The position numbers and the translations under genes were made by a program. From NCBI GenBank assembly GCA_964249395.1, contig CAXUCL010000001.1, positions 48,118 to 112,117 of the forward strand: a stretch of DNA of 64,000 nt. The letters are read 5' to 3'. The stretch is from an uncultured Rhizobiaceae bacterium (GTDB taxonomy: Bacteria; Pseudomonadota; Alphaproteobacteria; Rhizobiales; Rhizobiaceae). Positions 1 through 11,260 of this stretch are shown here, in pieces. The notes under the pieces are model-generated. The model made no database searches, had not been told where the DNA came from, and worked only from the letters and a program-made list of their open reading frames with translations. Each line of letters opens with the position of its first letter. Positions within the stretch are counted from its first letter, which is position 1.

Positions 1-1
1 G

Positions 2-1486
2 GAGGAGCAGGGACGCGGCGGCTACCAGGTCGTTGTCACCGAGATCCCCTATCTCGTCCAGAAATCGCGCCTCATCGAGAAGATCGCCGAGCTGCTGACG
101 GCAAAGAAGCTGCCGATGCTGGCGGACGTGCGCGACGAGTCGGCGGAAGACGTGCGCATCGTCTTCGAGCCGAAGAGTCGCGCGATCGACGCCGAGCTGA
201 TGATGGAGGCGCTGTTCCGCGTCACGGATCTCGAAAACCGCATCTCGCTCAACATGAACGTCCTGTCCGGCGGCAAGGTGCCGCGCGTCCTCAACCTCAA
301 GGAGGTGCTGGTCGAATGGCTGGCGCATCAGCGCGAGGTGCTGCTGCGCCGCACCCGCTTCCGGCTCGCCGCGATCGAGCGGCGGCTGGAGATCGTCGCC
401 GGCTACCTCGTCGCCTTCCTCAACCTCGACGAGGTGATCCGCATCATCCGCGAGGCGGACGAGCCGAAGGCCGAACTCGTCCGCGTCTTCGACCTGACGG
501 AGGTGCAGGCCGAAGCCATCCTGAACCTTCGCCTTCGCTCGCTTCGCAAGCTGGAGGAGGTGGAGCTTCGGCGCGAGTTCGACGACCTGCGGAAGGAGAA
601 GGCGGAGCGCGAGGCGCTGCTCGGGTCGGACGCGCGCCAGTGGAGCGCGCTCGCCGCCGAGGTGCGCGAGGTGCGCGAGCTGTTCTCGAAGAAGACGAAG
701 CTCGGCAAGCGCCGCACCACGTTCGCCGATGCGCCGGTGCGCGCGCCGGTCGACATCGCGACCGCCTTCATCGAGCGCGAGCCGGTGACGGCGGTGCTGT
801 CGAAGAAGGGCTTCCTGCGCGCGTTGCGCGGCCATGGCCTCGATCTAGCGACCTTGAGCTTCCGCGAAGGCGACGCGCTCGGCTTCGCCTTTCCGGCGAT
901 GACGACGGACAAGCTGGTGTTCCTGTCGAACGACGGGCGCGCGTTCACGTTCGTCGCCGACAAGCTCGCGAGCGGGCGCGGGCAGGGCGAGCCGATCCGC
1001 TTGGCGATCGACCTCGAGGACAAGGCCGACATCGTGCTCGGTTTCCCGGCGGCGGCCGGCGCGAAGCGTCTCCTGGCGTCGAGCGACGGCAACGGCTTCG
1101 TCGTGTCCGAGGCCGAGCTCTTGTCCAGCACCCGCAAGGGCAAGCAGGTGCTGAACGTCGGGGAGGGCGTGTCGCTGCGCTTCGCCGTGCCGGCGGTGGA
1201 CGGCGACACGGTCGCCGCGGTCGGAGAGAACCGGAAGCTGTTGGCGTTCCCGCTGATCCAGGTGCCGGAGATGACGCGCGGTCGCGGCGTGCGGCTGCAA
1301 CGCTACAAGGACGGCGGCCTGTCGGACTTGAAGATCTTCCGCCTCGCCGATGGTTTGACCTGGCAGGGTGCCGGCGGCCGCAGCTTCCAGCGCACCGCGG
1401 CAGAACTCGCCGAATGGCTCGGCGACCGCGCCCAATCCGGCCGCATGGTGCCGAACGGATTCCCGAAGAGCAATCGGTTCGGGTGA
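2..1486 (+). CDS. parC: DNA topoisomerase IV subunit A, 5' truncated by the window edge
   Basis: Frame is open from base 2 ([17 protein letters not shown]...). It contains [19 protein letters not shown] and C-terminal beta-pinwheel repeats ([21 protein letters not shown]). No GyrA box seen. Confidence 0.93.
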   Translation, partial: EEQGRGGYQVVVTEIPYLVQKSRLIEKIAELLTAKKLPMLADVRDESAEDVRIVFEPKSRAIDAELMMEALFRVTDLENRISLNMNVLSGGKVPRVLNLKEVLVEWLAHQREVLLRRTRFRLAAIERRLEIVAGYLVAFLNLDEVIRIIREADEPKAELVRVFDLTEVQAEAILNLRLRSLRKLEEVELRREFDDLRKEKAEREALLGSDARQWSALAAEVREVRELFSKKTKLGKRRTTFADAPVRAPVDIATAFIEREPVTAVLSKKGFLRALRGHGLDLATLSFREGDALGFAFPAMTTDKLVFLSNDGRAFTFVADKLASGRGQGEPIRLAIDLEDKADIVLGFPAAAGAKRLLASSDGNGFVVSEAELLSSTRKGKQVLNVGEGVSLRFAVPAVDGDTVAAVGENRKLLAFPLIQVPEMTRGRGVRLQRYKDGGLSDLKIFRLADGLTWQGAGGRSFQRTAAELAEWLGDRAQSGRMVPNGFPKSNRFG

Positions 1487-1539
1487 GGGTCGCGGCGGCG
1501 AACTCGCAGGCGTCCCATGTCCCGACGCGCGAGAAGCGG

Positions 1540-2301
1540 CTAGCCGGTTGCGGCTTCGCCCTCGTACCGCTCCCACCCTTTCGGTCCCAGATGGTCCTGC
1601 GGCTGGAAGCGGATCTTATAGGCCATCTTGCGCGAGTCTCGCACCCAGTAGCCGAGGTAGACGTAGGGCAGGCGCATGGCGCGGGCGCGCTCGATGTGAT
1701 CGACGATCATCAGCGTGCCGAGGCTGCGGTCGGCCTCGTCCGGGTCGAAGAACGAGTAGACCATCGACAGGCCGTCGCTCATCACGTCGGTCAGCGCGGC
1801 GGCGACGAGGGGGCCGTCCGAACGGTCGGTGAAGCGGGAGTCCGGCCCGCGCTTCAGGTAGCGGACGAGGCGCGTCTCGACCTGGCTGTCCTCCACCATC
1901 ATCGCGAAATCGAGCACCGACATCTCGGACATGCCGCCGAGCGCGTGCCGGCTGTCGAGGTAGCGGCGGAACAGCGAATACTGATCGCTGGAGGCTTCCG
2001 GATCGCCGATGCGCGCGACGAGATCGACGTTGCGCTGCGCGATGCGCCGCATGGACCGGGTCGGCCGGAACTCGTCGACGACGATTCGCACGGATACGCA
2101 GGCGCGGCACCGCTCGCAGGCCGGACGGTAGGCGATGTTCTGGGATCGGCGGAACCCGCCCTGCGTCAGAAGATCGAGCAGCCCCGGGGCGCGGTCGCCG
2201 ATGAGGTGCGTGAACACCTTCCGCTCGAACTGCCCGGCAAGGTAGGGGCACGGCGACGGCGAGGTCAGGAAGAACTGCGGCGTCTGCGGATGAACGGTCA
2301 T
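1540..2301 (-). CDS. ate: Arginyl-tRNA-protein transferase-like / aspartate-glutamate leucyltransferase (Bpt/ATE family)
   Basis: [38 protein letters not shown] and [13 protein letters not shown] motifs. Confidence 0.92.
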   Translation of the reverse strand: MTVHPQTPQFFLTSPSPCPYLAGQFERKVFTHLIGDRAPGLLDLLTQGGFRRSQNIAYRPACERCRACVSVRIVVDEFRPTRSMRRIAQRNVDLVARIGDPEASSDQYSLFRRYLDSRHALGGMSEMSVLDFAMMVEDSQVETRLVRYLKRGPDSRFTDRSDGPLVAAALTDVMSDGLSMVYSFFDPDEADRSLGTLMIVDHIERARAMRLPYVYLGYWVRDSRKMAYKIRFQPQDHLGPKGWERYEGEAATG

Positions 2302-2446
2302 GAACGCATCGGGTCTCGGCGGCCCGCTAACGACGGGACGCTGAATTGGATGCCGGACCTAAGCACGAGCGGCGATGGTTGGGAACCGCTGCCGCCGCGT
2401 CGTCCCGTCTCAATCCGGTGGACGCCAATCGGCCGCGTCGATCGCC

Positions 2447-2917
2447 TCAATCGCTTCGAACGACGGCCGTGCCGAGCAGCAGGTCGTGCAGCAACTGCTT
2501 GCGACCGGTCGCGAGCGCGACGAGCAGGACGAATGGCGTCAGAAGGGTGACGGACGTCCAGAACAGGACGCCGTGCAGCACCGCGAGCGGCGGATCGACG
2601 AGACCGCCGTCGAGCCGTGCGACACGCAAGCCCGCGAGCCGCATGCCTGGCGTCGCTTGGGCCCGACCGCCCATGGTGAAGGCGAGGTAGACGATCGCCA
2701 CCAGCGGCGGCAGGACGGCGTAGAGCAGCCAACCCAGCCCGAGCGTCACGATGCCGAGAAAGAACACCACGACCGCCGCCGGAAGCGAGAGCAGCAGGAC
2801 GATCGCGTAGTCGAACACGAAGCTCAGCATGCGGCGCGTGCGAACGCCGTCGTAGAGGCGCGGCGCGTCGAGATCGGTGCTGCGGTTGTTCCTGATGATC
2901 GTGTCCTGGTTGCTCAT
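2447..2917 (-). CDS. RDD family membrane protein
   Basis: RR..SFVFD, QATPGMRLAGLRV and KQLLHDLLLGTAVV motifs; 3-4 hydrophobic segments. Confidence 0.88.
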   Translation of the reverse strand: MSNQDTIIRNNRSTDLDAPRLYDGVRTRRMLSFVFDYAIVLLLSLPAAVVVFFLGIVTLGLGWLLYAVLPPLVAIVYLAFTMGGRAQATPGMRLAGLRVARLDGGLVDPPLAVLHGVLFWTSVTLLTPFVLLVALATGRKQLLHDLLLGTAVVRSD

Positions 2918-2999
2918 GCCCGTTCCTTCGCCGGCCTCACGCGGTCGGCAAAGAAAATGTGGTGGTGGAACGGGCTCTTCGCAACGCTCGGGCGGCGAA

Positions 3000-4034
3000 T
3001 CAGGCCGGCCGCAGCATCCTGGCCGCGCGCGGCGCGAAATAGGTGAGGACGCCGGTCGCCCCGGCGCGCTTGTAGGCGGCGAGCGTTTCCATCATCGCCC
3101 GGTCGCCGTCGATCCACCCGTTCGCGGCGGCGGCGGCGATCATCGCGTATTCGCCGGACGTCTGGTAGGCGAAGGTGGGCATCGCGAATTCGTCGACGAG
3201 CCGCGCGAGGATGTCGAGATAGGGCAGGCCCGGCTTCACCATGATCATGTCGGCGCCCTCGGCGATGTCCTGCGCCGTTTCGCGCATCGCCTCGTTGCGG
3301 TTGCCGCAATCCATCTGATACGTCCGCTTGTCGCCCTTCAACAGATCGTTCGAGCCGACGGCGTCGCGGAACGGGCCGTAGAAGGCGGACGCGTACTTCG
3401 CCGCGTAGGACATGATCAGCGTGTCGCGGAAGCCTTCCGCGTCGAGTGCGGCGCGGATCATCGCGATCCGGCCGTCCATCATGTCGGAGGGGCCGACGAT
3501 GTCGCAGCCGGCGCGCGCCTGCGTCACCGCCTGCCGGCACAGGAGTTCCACGGACTCGTCGTTGAGGATGCGGCCGCCGTCGCCCATCAACCCGTCGTGG
3601 CCATGGCTGGTGTAGGGATCGAGCGCGACGTCGCACATGACCCCGACCTCGGGCACCGCGGCCTTGATGGCCCGCGTCGCCCGGCAGACGAGGTTGCCTT
3701 CGTTCAGCGCTTCGCTGCCCGCCTCGTCGCGCAGGGCCCGTTCCGTGTAGGGGAACAGGGCGACCGCCGGGATGCCGAGGTCCCGCGCTTCCCGCGCCGC
3801 CTCCACCGCCCGCTCGACGCTTCGGCGCACGATGCCCGGCATCGACGGTACGGCTTCGTCGGCGCCGGTGCCGTCGCGCACGAAGATCGGCCAGATCAGG
3901 TCGGCGACCGTGACCGTGGTCTCGCGCACGAGCCGGCGCGTCCAATCGTGCTGGCGCAGCCGGCGCAGCCGCTGACCGCCGGTCGCCTCGTCGATTCTGG
4001 CTGCGAAGCTCGCCCCGCGCTTGCCGAGATCCAT
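3000..4034 (-). CDS. hemB: Porphobilinogen synthase, Mg-dependent (Zn-independent) type
   Basis: RLRRLR, DVALDPYTSHGHDG (Asp-rich metal site), SDMMDGRI, YAAKYASAFYGPFRDA, MVKPG. Start placed at internal ATG 4034. Confidence 0.96.
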   Translation of the reverse strand: MDLGKRGASFAARIDEATGGQRLRRLRQHDWTRRLVRETTVTVADLIWPIFVRDGTGADEAVPSMPGIVRRSVERAVEAAREARDLGIPAVALFPYTERALRDEAGSEALNEGNLVCRATRAIKAAVPEVGVMCDVALDPYTSHGHDGLMGDGGRILNDESVELLCRQAVTQARAGCDIVGPSDMMDGRIAMIRAALDAEGFRDTLIMSYAAKYASAFYGPFRDAVGSNDLLKGDKRTYQMDCGNRNEAMRETAQDIAEGADMIMVKPGLPYLDILARLVDEFAMPTFAYQTSGEYAMIAAAAANGWIDGDRAMMETLAAYKRAGATGVLTYFAPRAARMLRPA

Positions 4035-4197
4035 GAACGAATTTCCCGTCTCGCTTGCCGAACTTCGCTGGGGTCGCGGGCGTTCGGCGCGGCGCCCCGG
4101 TCGCACCGCTGGTTAGGCGCTTCGTCGCCGCGCTTCAACCGTGCGGCCCGCGCCGACATGGCTGGCAATCGTCCCGACTTCTGTTCAAAAGAGGCCG

Positions 4198-4632
4198 ATG
4201 ACGACCCGGACGGCATCGACGCAGAGGCTCGAAGCTGCGGTACGCCACGCGATCCTTTGGTTGCAGCGGGCCGCCGGGCTCGCCCTGTTCGGGTTCGGCC
4301 TGCTGTATTGGGTGCGGATCGTCGGTTTGTATCCCGGTGCCGACTGGCGGTTCGACCTGATGTCGCTGCCGTGGCGCGTGGCTGCCCCGACCCTGGCCGT
4401 GGTGTGCCCGGTCGCCGGCGTTGGCCTGTGGCTGGCCGCGAGCTGGGGCACCGTCGTCTGGACCATCGTCGCGACCGTCGAGGGCGTCATGCGTTTCGTC
4501 TTCCGAGCGACCTTCGGCGGACCGGACGTCGAGCTGGCGTTCCACGCGTTCGGCCTCGCGGCCCTCGTCGCGCTGCGCCTCGTCGGCTGGTGGCTCGGCC
4601 GGCGCAACCGCGTTTCGCGCCGGACTGGTTGA
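4198..4632 (+). CDS. Conserved membrane protein (DUF6163-like)
   Basis: About four TM segments; YW.RIVG and GVGLWLAASWG.VVW motifs; lies between hemB and ldtR. Confidence 0.7.
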   Translation: MTTRTASTQRLEAAVRHAILWLQRAAGLALFGFGLLYWVRIVGLYPGADWRFDLMSLPWRVAAPTLAVVCPVAGVGLWLAASWGTVVWTIVATVEGVMRFVFRATFGGPDVELAFHAFGLAALVALRLVGWWLGRRNRVSRRTG

Positions 4633-4685
4633 CGAAACCTACCGCGATAGACGTCTCGTTAGTCACGAAAATCGGTGGTGGAACA

Positions 4686-4724
4686 GTAAGATGCCCTTAA
4701 GCTTGGAGTTTAAGTCGAACTTTA
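4686..4724. promoter_or_regulatory. Two near-consensus CtrA boxes upstream of ldtR
   Basis: GTAA-N7-TTAA (4686-4700) and TTAA-N7-TTTA (4710-4724), each one mismatch from TTAA-N7-TTAA, in an AT-rich patch. Confidence 0.4.
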
Positions 4725-4800
4725 GCCGCGGCCCATAATGTGAGTGACAAGACGGAGCCGAAGCAACGAGCCTTCGTCAAGCAGCAGCGGAGCCGATACT

Positions 4801-5310
4801 ATGAACGCCCAAGCCAAAACGGTCGCGGAACAGTCGAACGGAACCGACGTCGACCTGAAGAGCCTGTATCTCGAGACCGTCCACCTGGTCGAGCGTCTGC
4901 ACCGCAGGTTGCTCGACGTGGTGAAGGACGAGTTTGATCGCGCCGGCCGCACCGACATCAACGCCGTGCAAGCCCTGCTGCTCTTCAACATCGGCGACGC
5001 GGTGCTGACGGCCGGCGAACTGCGCACCCGCGGCTTCTACCTGGGCTCCAACGTCTCCTACAACCTCAAGAAGCTCGTCGAGCTCGGCTTCATCGACCAT
5101 CAGCGTTCGCGGGTCGACCGCCGCGCCGTGCGGGTGCAGTTGACGAAGACCGGGGCCAAGGTCGCGGCGATCGTCGCCGATCTCTACCAGCGTCACATCG
5201 CTTCGATCGACAAGGTGGGCGGCCTCGACGAGCAGGAGTTCCTGAAGCTCAACAAGTCGCTGCAGCGTCTCGACCGCTTCTGGAACGACTCGATCGCCTA
5301 CCGTCTCTGA
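4801..5310 (+). CDS. ldtR: MarR-family regulator LdtR
   Basis: LVERLHRRLLDVVKDEFDR, NAVQALLLFNIG, GSNVSYNLKKL; lies directly upstream of an L,D-transpeptidase as in rhizobia and Liberibacter. Confidence 0.88.
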   Translation: MNAQAKTVAEQSNGTDVDLKSLYLETVHLVERLHRRLLDVVKDEFDRAGRTDINAVQALLLFNIGDAVLTAGELRTRGFYLGSNVSYNLKKLVELGFIDHQRSRVDRRAVRVQLTKTGAKVAAIVADLYQRHIASIDKVGGLDEQEFLKLNKSLQRLDRFWNDSIAYRL

Positions 5311-5582
5311 CCGGTCGCCGACGCGACACCTCCGCCGGCTTCGTCCCGTGATCGCCCCATGCGATCGCGGGGAGGCCAGCTGTTGCAGTCCGGCAACTTG
5401 CGCGGCGGGAGAGCGACGAAACCCCTTTGCGATCCACGCTTTGGCCATATTGCCGTGGCTTGCGGAGACAAGCGGCCTGCGGCGCGATGCCGAGCGAGGC
5501 GCGGTCGCCGTTGTCAGTCCGTTTACCTTGGGCGCCCGATACTGAGCGCCGAGCGACGGCACACATCGACGAGGGGACATTC

Positions 5583-6926
5583 ATGACCGACAAGCAGCGC
5601 TCCGGTACCGCCGCGAACCGCCTGTCGCGCCGCCGTTTCATCGTCGGCGCGGCGGCCGCCTCGACGGCGTCGATGCCGGGCATCGCGGCGGCGCAGGAGG
5701 CGTTGAGCGACCTGTTGATGTCGCCTCGGCGCGGAAACTGGGACGACCAGTTCGACACGCGCTCCAGCGGCGTGACGAAGATCGTCTCGAACCAACCGAT
5801 CTTCTCGCAGAACACGGTCTACTCGCTCGCGCAAGCGATCGACAACCATCGCGGCATCCTGAACGCGGGCGGTTGGCCCACCGTGCCGGAAGGCGCCAAG
5901 CTCAAGCTCGGCGTCGACGACCCGGCGGTCGGGCCGCTGCGCCAGCGTCTCGCCATCTCCGGCGACCTGCCGCGCTCGGCCGGCCTGTCGACCGCGTTCG
6001 ACACCTACGTCGATGCGGCGGTGAAGCGCTTCCAGACCCGCCACGGCCTGCCGGCGGACGGCGTCGTCGCCGAGATGACCTACAAGGCGCTGAACGTGCC
6101 CGTGGACGTGCGCCTCGGCCAGATGCAGACGAACCTCGTGCGCCTGCAGGCGATGAACGGCTTCCTCGGCGAGCGCTTCGTGATGGTCAACGTCCCGGCG
6201 GCCGCGCTGGAAGCCGTCGAGAACGGCCGCGTCGTGCAGCGTCACATCGCGGTGGTCGGCAAGATCGACCGGCAGACGCCGATCCTCAACTCGAAGATCA
6301 CCAACCTGAACCTGAACCCGTACTGGCACGCGCCGGCGTCGATCGTCGAGAAGGACATCATTCCGCTGATGCGGAAGGACCCGACCTACCTCGAGCGGAA
6401 CGAGATCAAGATCCTCGGCCCTGACGGGCAGGAGATCCCCGCGACTTCGGTCGATTGGAATTCCAACGAGGCGGTGAAGTACCTCTTCCGGCAGGAGCCA
6501 GGCAAGATCAACGCGATGGCGTCGGTGAAGATCAACTTTCCGAACGAGCACGCCACCTACATGCACGACACCCCGCAGCAGAGCCTGTTCTCCAAGCTGC
6601 TGCGCTTCGAGTCGTCCGGCTGCGTGCGGGTTCAGAACGTGCGCGACCTCGTGGTCTGGCTGGCGCGCGACGAAGCCGGCTGGGACCGGCAGCAGATCGA
6701 GCGCGTCATCGCGGCGCGCACCCGGGAGGACATCAACCTCGCCAACCCGGTCCCGATCTACTTCGCCTACCTGACGGCCTGGGCGACCGATCCGAACGCC
6801 GTGCAGTTCCGCGACGACATCTACCATCGCGACGGCTCGCAGCAGCTCGCGATGAACGACACGGCGCCGCAGGCCTACCAGGCCGGCGAGCAGGTCCTGA
6901 CGCAGGCCGGCAAAGTCGCGAACTGA
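5583..6926 (+). CDS. ldtP: L,D-transpeptidase (YcbB-like) with Tat signal and peptidoglycan-binding domain
   Basis: SRRRFI twin-arginine motif; AVKRFQTRHGL.ADG PG-binding motif; YMHDTP...SSGCVRV catalytic His/Cys; RBS GAGGGG before ATG 5583. Confidence 0.9.
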   Translation: MTDKQRSGTAANRLSRRRFIVGAAAASTASMPGIAAAQEALSDLLMSPRRGNWDDQFDTRSSGVTKIVSNQPIFSQNTVYSLAQAIDNHRGILNAGGWPTVPEGAKLKLGVDDPAVGPLRQRLAISGDLPRSAGLSTAFDTYVDAAVKRFQTRHGLPADGVVAEMTYKALNVPVDVRLGQMQTNLVRLQAMNGFLGERFVMVNVPAAALEAVENGRVVQRHIAVVGKIDRQTPILNSKITNLNLNPYWHAPASIVEKDIIPLMRKDPTYLERNEIKILGPDGQEIPATSVDWNSNEAVKYLFRQEPGKINAMASVKINFPNEHATYMHDTPQQSLFSKLLRFESSGCVRVQNVRDLVVWLARDEAGWDRQQIERVIAARTREDINLANPVPIYFAYLTAWATDPNAVQFRDDIYHRDGSQQLAMNDTAPQAYQAGEQVLTQAGKVAN

Positions 6927-6967
6927 CGGGCAAGCCCGCGGGCGGCGGGGCGAGCGACATCGAGGGG

Positions 6968-7010
6968 GAACGGGGCCGGAGCGCGGGGGCGCTACCGGCC
7001 CCGTTCGTTT
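6968..7010 (+). terminator. GC-rich hairpin after ldtP, probable terminator
   Basis: GAACGGGGCCGG (6968-6979) pairs with CCGGCCCCGTTC (6995-7006), followed by GTTT. Confidence 0.55.
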
Positions 7011-7095
7011 CCGGATGGTTGGCCGTCGCGGATGAGCATGCTAGGGGGCGCACGCTTCGTTTAAGCACGAACTCCGACCATGGAGGATCAAAGCG

Positions 7096-8418
7096 ATGTC
7101 CGAGTTGCGCAAGCCGGATGCGGCCGTCGAGTTCGACACGTTCTTCACCGGCAACCTCGCCTCCACCGACCCGGCGGTGTTCGGCGCGATCAAGGGCGAG
7201 CTGCATCGCCAGCAGACCGAGATCGAGCTGATCGCCTCCGAGAACATCGTGTCGCGCGCCGTGATGGAGGCGCAGGGCTCGGTTCTCACGAACAAGTACG
7301 CGGAAGGCTACCCCGGCCGGCGCTACTACGGCGGCTGCCACTTCGCGGACGTCGCTGAGGAACTGGCCATCGACCGCGTCAAGCAGCTGTTCGGCTGCGA
7401 CTTCGCGAACGTGCAGCCCAATTCCGGCAGCCAGGCCAACCAGGCGGTACTGATGGCGCTGTCGAAGCCGGGCGAGACGCTGCTCGGCATGAGCCTCGAC
7501 GCCGGCGGCCACCTGACGCACGGCGCCAAGCCCAACCTGTCCGGCCGCTGGTTCGACGCGGTTCCCTACGGGCTCGACATCGAGACCGGGCTCATCGACT
7601 ACGAGCAGGTCGAGCGGCTGGCGCACGAGCGGAAACCCCGGATCATCATCGCGGGCGGCTCGGCCTATTCGCGCGTCATCGACTTCGCTCGTTTCCGGCA
7701 GATCGCCGACGCCGTCGGCGCGTTTCTGTGGGTCGACATGGCGCACTTCGCCGGCTTGGTGGCTGGCGGGCAGCATCCGAGCCCGTTCCCGCACGCCCAC
7801 GTCGCGACCTCCACCACGCACAAGACGCTGCGCGGCCCGCGCGGCGGCATCGTGCTGACGAACGACGCGGACATCGCCAAGAAGATCAATTCCGCGATCT
7901 TCCCCGGTCTGCAGGGCGGCCCGCTGATGCACGTCATCGCCGGCAAGGCCGTGGCCTTCGGCGAAGCGCTGACGCCGACGTTCCGTTCCTACGCGGCGTC
8001 CGTCGTGGAGAACGCCAAGATTCTCGCGCAGACGCTGCGGGAAGGTGGGCTCGACATCGTGTCCAACGGAACCGACACGCACCTGATGCTGGTCGATCTG
8101 CGCCCGAAGGGCCTGACCGGCAAGGCGTCGGAAGTCGCGCTCGGTCGAGCGGGTATCACCTGCAACAAGAACGGCGTGCCGAACGACCCGCAGAAGCCGA
8201 CCATCACGTCCGGCATCCGCCTTGGTACGCCGGCCGCGACGACGCGCGGCTTCGGCACGGCCGAGTTCCGGGAGGTCGGCCGCTTGATCGTCGAGGTGCT
8301 CGACGGCTTGAAGGCCGCCGGCTCGGACGACGGAAACGCCCGGGTCGAGGCGGCGGTGAAGGAGAAGGTCGAGGCGCTGACGGCCCGCTTCCCGATCTAT
8401 TCGGGTCTCGCGAGCTAA
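7096..8418 (+). CDS. glyA: Serine hydroxymethyltransferase
   Basis: [29 protein letters not shown] and [13 protein letters not shown] (PLP lysine). Confidence 0.98.
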   Translation: MSELRKPDAAVEFDTFFTGNLASTDPAVFGAIKGELHRQQTEIELIASENIVSRAVMEAQGSVLTNKYAEGYPGRRYYGGCHFADVAEELAIDRVKQLFGCDFANVQPNSGSQANQAVLMALSKPGETLLGMSLDAGGHLTHGAKPNLSGRWFDAVPYGLDIETGLIDYEQVERLAHERKPRIIIAGGSAYSRVIDFARFRQIADAVGAFLWVDMAHFAGLVAGGQHPSPFPHAHVATSTTHKTLRGPRGGIVLTNDADIAKKINSAIFPGLQGGPLMHVIAGKAVAFGEALTPTFRSYAASVVENAKILAQTLREGGLDIVSNGTDTHLMLVDLRPKGLTGKASEVALGRAGITCNKNGVPNDPQKPTITSGIRLGTPAATTRGFGTAEFREVGRLIVEVLDGLKAAGSDDGNARVEAAVKEKVEALTARFPIYSGLAS

Positions 8419-8443
8419 GGTTCGGACGAAACAGCGTAGCGCG

Positions 8444-8941
8444 ATGCGCTGTCCCTACTGCGGATCGCAAGACAGCCAGGTAAAGGACTCGCGGCCCGCC
8501 GAGGACGGGGCCGCGATCCGGCGCCGCCGGACCTGCCCCGATTGTAACGGCCGTTTCACCACCTTCGAGCGGGTGCAGCTTCGCGACCTGACGGTGGTGA
8601 AGCGCTCCGGACGCCGCGTGCCGTTCGATCGCGACAAGCTGGCCCGGTCGGTCGCGGTCGCGCTGCGCAAGCGGCCGGTCGATGCCGAGCGGGTCGACCG
8701 CATGATCTCCGGCATCGTGCGACAGCTCGAATCGTCCGGAGAAGGCGAGGTAGCGTCGCAACAGGTCGGCCGACTCGCGATGGAAGCGCTGCGCGGCCTC
8801 GACGACGTCGCCTATGTCCGCTTCGCTTCCGTTTACCGCGACTTCCGGGACGCGAAGGATTTCGCGCAGGCTATCGGCGAACTGACGGATGCCGGCTCGG
8901 CGGACGACCGGGACGAGCGCGTCCCGGCCGTCGGTGACTGA
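8444..8941 (+). CDS. nrdR: Transcriptional repressor NrdR
   Basis: MRCPYC..VKDSR..IRRRRTC..C..RFTTFER zinc ribbon, ATP cone, [10 protein letters not shown]. Confidence 0.97.
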   Translation: MRCPYCGSQDSQVKDSRPAEDGAAIRRRRTCPDCNGRFTTFERVQLRDLTVVKRSGRRVPFDRDKLARSVAVALRKRPVDAERVDRMISGIVRQLESSGEGEVASQQVGRLAMEALRGLDDVAYVRFASVYRDFRDAKDFAQAIGELTDAGSADDRDERVPAVGD

Positions 8942-10067
8942 AACGCGGCGCGCGGTCGACGCGCGCTTCATGGCGGCTGCGATCCGCCTCGCGGAGCGCC
9001 ATCTCGGCCGCACGGGCACCAATCCGTCCGTTGGAACTCTGATCGTCCGGGACGACGGGGCCGCGCCGGTGATCGTTGGACGCGGCGTCACCGCGCTCGG
9101 CGGACGGCCGCATTCGGAGCCGGTCGCGCTTGCGCAAGCGGGTGAGCTGGCGAGCGGCGCGACGGCCTATGTGACGCTCGAGCCCTGCGCCCATCACGGC
9201 CGCACGCCGCCCTGTACCGACGCGCTGATCGCCGCCGGCGTCGCGCGGGTCGTCTTCGCCGCGAGCGATCCGGACTCCCGCGTCGACGGGCGCGGCGCCG
9301 CCGCGCTGCGTGCGGCGGGCATCCGGGTCGAGGCGGCGGTGATGGGGGCGGAAGCCCGCCGCTCGCTCGGCGGCTACCTTGCACGCTCGACGAAGAAACG
9401 GCCGGAAGTCACGCTGAAGATTGCGGTGTCGGCCGATGGCATGATCGGTCGCCGCGGCGCGGGCCAGGTGGTCATCACCGGTCCGATCGCCAACCGCCAG
9501 ACGCATCTTTTGCGCTCGCGCAGCGACGCCATTCTGGTCGGCGCGGCGACCGTCGCGGAGGACGACCCGGCGCTGAAGTGCCGCTTGGCCGGACTGGCCG
9601 ACCGCTCGCCGCGACGGATCGTGCTCGACGCCGCGCTCGCGACGCCTCTCACCGCTCGTCTCGTCGAGACGGCGCGCGACGTGCCGACGGCTTTCGCGAC
9701 GCTCGATCCGACGAGCGTGCGGGCCGACGCGCTGCGCAAGCGCGGCTGCGCGATCCTCGCGGCGGAGGCCGAGCCCGGCACCGGGCGCATTTCGCTGCGG
9801 AAACTGATGGCGGACGTCGCAACGTCCGGTTCGGCGACGGTGTTGGTGGAGGCCGGTGCCCGGCTGGCGGAAGCTTTCCTCGCCGTCGACCTGATCGATC
9901 GCCTCATCCTGATCGAAGGCGCGACGACGATCGGACCGGACGGCATCGCGTCTCCTTTCGATCCCGCGCGTCCGCCGCCGGGCTTCCACCTTCCGCGCGA
10001 CTACAGGTTCGGGCCCGACCGTTGGCGCGAGTTCGAGCGCGTTGCGAAAGCCGAGCCGCAGCCTTAG
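8934..10067 (+). CDS. ribD: Bifunctional riboflavin deaminase/reductase
   Basis: [43 protein letters not shown] start at 8934 overlaps the nrdR stop. Confidence 0.95.
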   Translation: MTETRRAVDARFMAAAIRLAERHLGRTGTNPSVGTLIVRDDGAAPVIVGRGVTALGGRPHSEPVALAQAGELASGATAYVTLEPCAHHGRTPPCTDALIAAGVARVVFAASDPDSRVDGRGAAALRAAGIRVEAAVMGAEARRSLGGYLARSTKKRPEVTLKIAVSADGMIGRRGAGQVVITGPIANRQTHLLRSRSDAILVGAATVAEDDPALKCRLAGLADRSPRRIVLDAALATPLTARLVETARDVPTAFATLDPTSVRADALRKRGCAILAAEAEPGTGRISLRKLMADVATSGSATVLVEAGARLAEAFLAVDLIDRLILIEGATTIGPDGIASPFDPARPPPGFHLPRDYRFGPDRWREFERVAKAEPQP

Positions 10068-10102
10068 TTGCGGGTCGTTCCAGCCTGTCGGAGAGAAGCG
10101 AC

Positions 10103-10708
10103 GTGTTCACCGGTATCGTCACGGATGTCGGGCGGATCGATGCCGTCGACGCGCTCGACCGGGGCCGCCGCTTCCGGATCGCCACGAACTACGATCCTGC
10201 CGGCATCGATCTCGGCGCGTCGATCGCGTGCGCCGGCGTCTGCCTCACCGTCACCGCCCTGCCAGACGCCGGCGCGAACGACCGCTGGTTCGCGGTGGAG
10301 GCCTGGGAAGAGGCGTTGCGGCTGTCGACCGTCGGCGACTGGACGGCGGGCACGGCGATGAACCTGGAGCGTTCGCTGAAGGTCGGCGACGAGCTCGGAG
10401 GCCATCTTGTGTCCGGTCACGTCGATGGGCAGGCAGAGATCCTGTCGCGCGAGGACGAGGGCGAGGCGGTGCGCTTCCGCCTGCGCGTCCCGGCCGCGCT
10501 GAAGCGCTTCGTTGCGCAGAAGGGCTCCGTTTGTCTCGACGGCACGTCGCTGACGGTGAACGCGGTCGACGACGACGTGTTCGACGTGCTGCTGATCCGC
10601 CATTCGCTTGCCGTGACCACCTGGGGCGATCGGCGGCCGGGCGATTGCGTCAACCTCGAAGTGGACCAGATCGCCCGCTATGCCGCGCGCTTGTTCGCGG
10701 TCGGCTGA
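10103..10708 (+). CDS. ribE: Riboflavin synthase (alpha chain)
   Basis: GTG start giving MFTGIV; GASIACAGVCLTV, NLERSL..GDELGGHLVSGHVDG, KGSV.LDGTSLTVN. Confidence 0.96.
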   Translation: MFTGIVTDVGRIDAVDALDRGRRFRIATNYDPAGIDLGASIACAGVCLTVTALPDAGANDRWFAVEAWEEALRLSTVGDWTAGTAMNLERSLKVGDELGGHLVSGHVDGQAEILSREDEGEAVRFRLRVPAALKRFVAQKGSVCLDGTSLTVNAVDDDVFDVLLIRHSLAVTTWGDRRPGDCVNLEVDQIARYAARLFAVG

Positions 10709-10808
10709 GCGCGCTTCGGCCTTACATCGCGACGCCGAGTTAGGCTATGCACGCCGCTCACGCGCGCGGTGTCACGGCTCGCGGTCGCATGCAGCATAAA
10801 GGTTCCTT

Positions 10809-11255
10809 ATGGCCGCCCCGCACATCCTGATCGTCGAAGCGCGCTTCTACGAGCCGATCGCCGACGCGCTTCTCGAAGGGGCTCGCGCCGCGCTGGACGA
10901 GGCCGGCGCGACCTACGAAGTGGTGACGGTGCCGGGCGCCTTGGAGATTCCCGCCGTGATCGGCTTCGCCCTGACCGGCGCGGACGAGGGCGGTCGCGAC
11001 TTCGACGGCTACGTCGCTCTCGGCTGCGTCATTCGCGGCGAGACCTACCATTTCGACATCGTGGCGAACGAGTCCTGCCGAGCCATCATGGACCTGTCCG
11101 TGAACGAAGGGATCGCGATCGGCAACGGCATCCTGACGGTCGAGACCGAGGAGCAGGCGCTGGTCCGGGCGCGCAAAGCCGAGAAGAACAAGGGCGGCGC
11201 GGCCGCCGAAACGGCGCTGACCATGATCGCCATCCGCGAAAAGCTGGGAGCTTGA
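10809..11255 (+). CDS. ribH: 6,7-dimethyl-8-ribityllumazine synthase
   Basis: [29 protein letters not shown]. Confidence 0.96.
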   Translation: MAAPHILIVEARFYEPIADALLEGARAALDEAGATYEVVTVPGALEIPAVIGFALTGADEGGRDFDGYVALGCVIRGETYHFDIVANESCRAIMDLSVNEGIAIGNGILTVETEEQALVRARKAEKNKGGAAAETALTMIAIREKLGA

Positions 11256-11260
11256 CCCCG

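Noticed and set aside
2955-2990. RpoH-like promoter (GTTGCG...CCACAT) before the RDD-ate genes
   Set aside because: Match and spacing are too weak to support a call.
6927-7095. Possible ZMP/ZTP riboswitch before glyA
   Set aside because: The conserved GACUGGCG and CGCCUGGG elements are not visible; only a terminator-like hairpin is present.
10709-10808. Possible FMN riboswitch in the rib operon
   Set aside because: The gap is short and lacks RFN consensus blocks.
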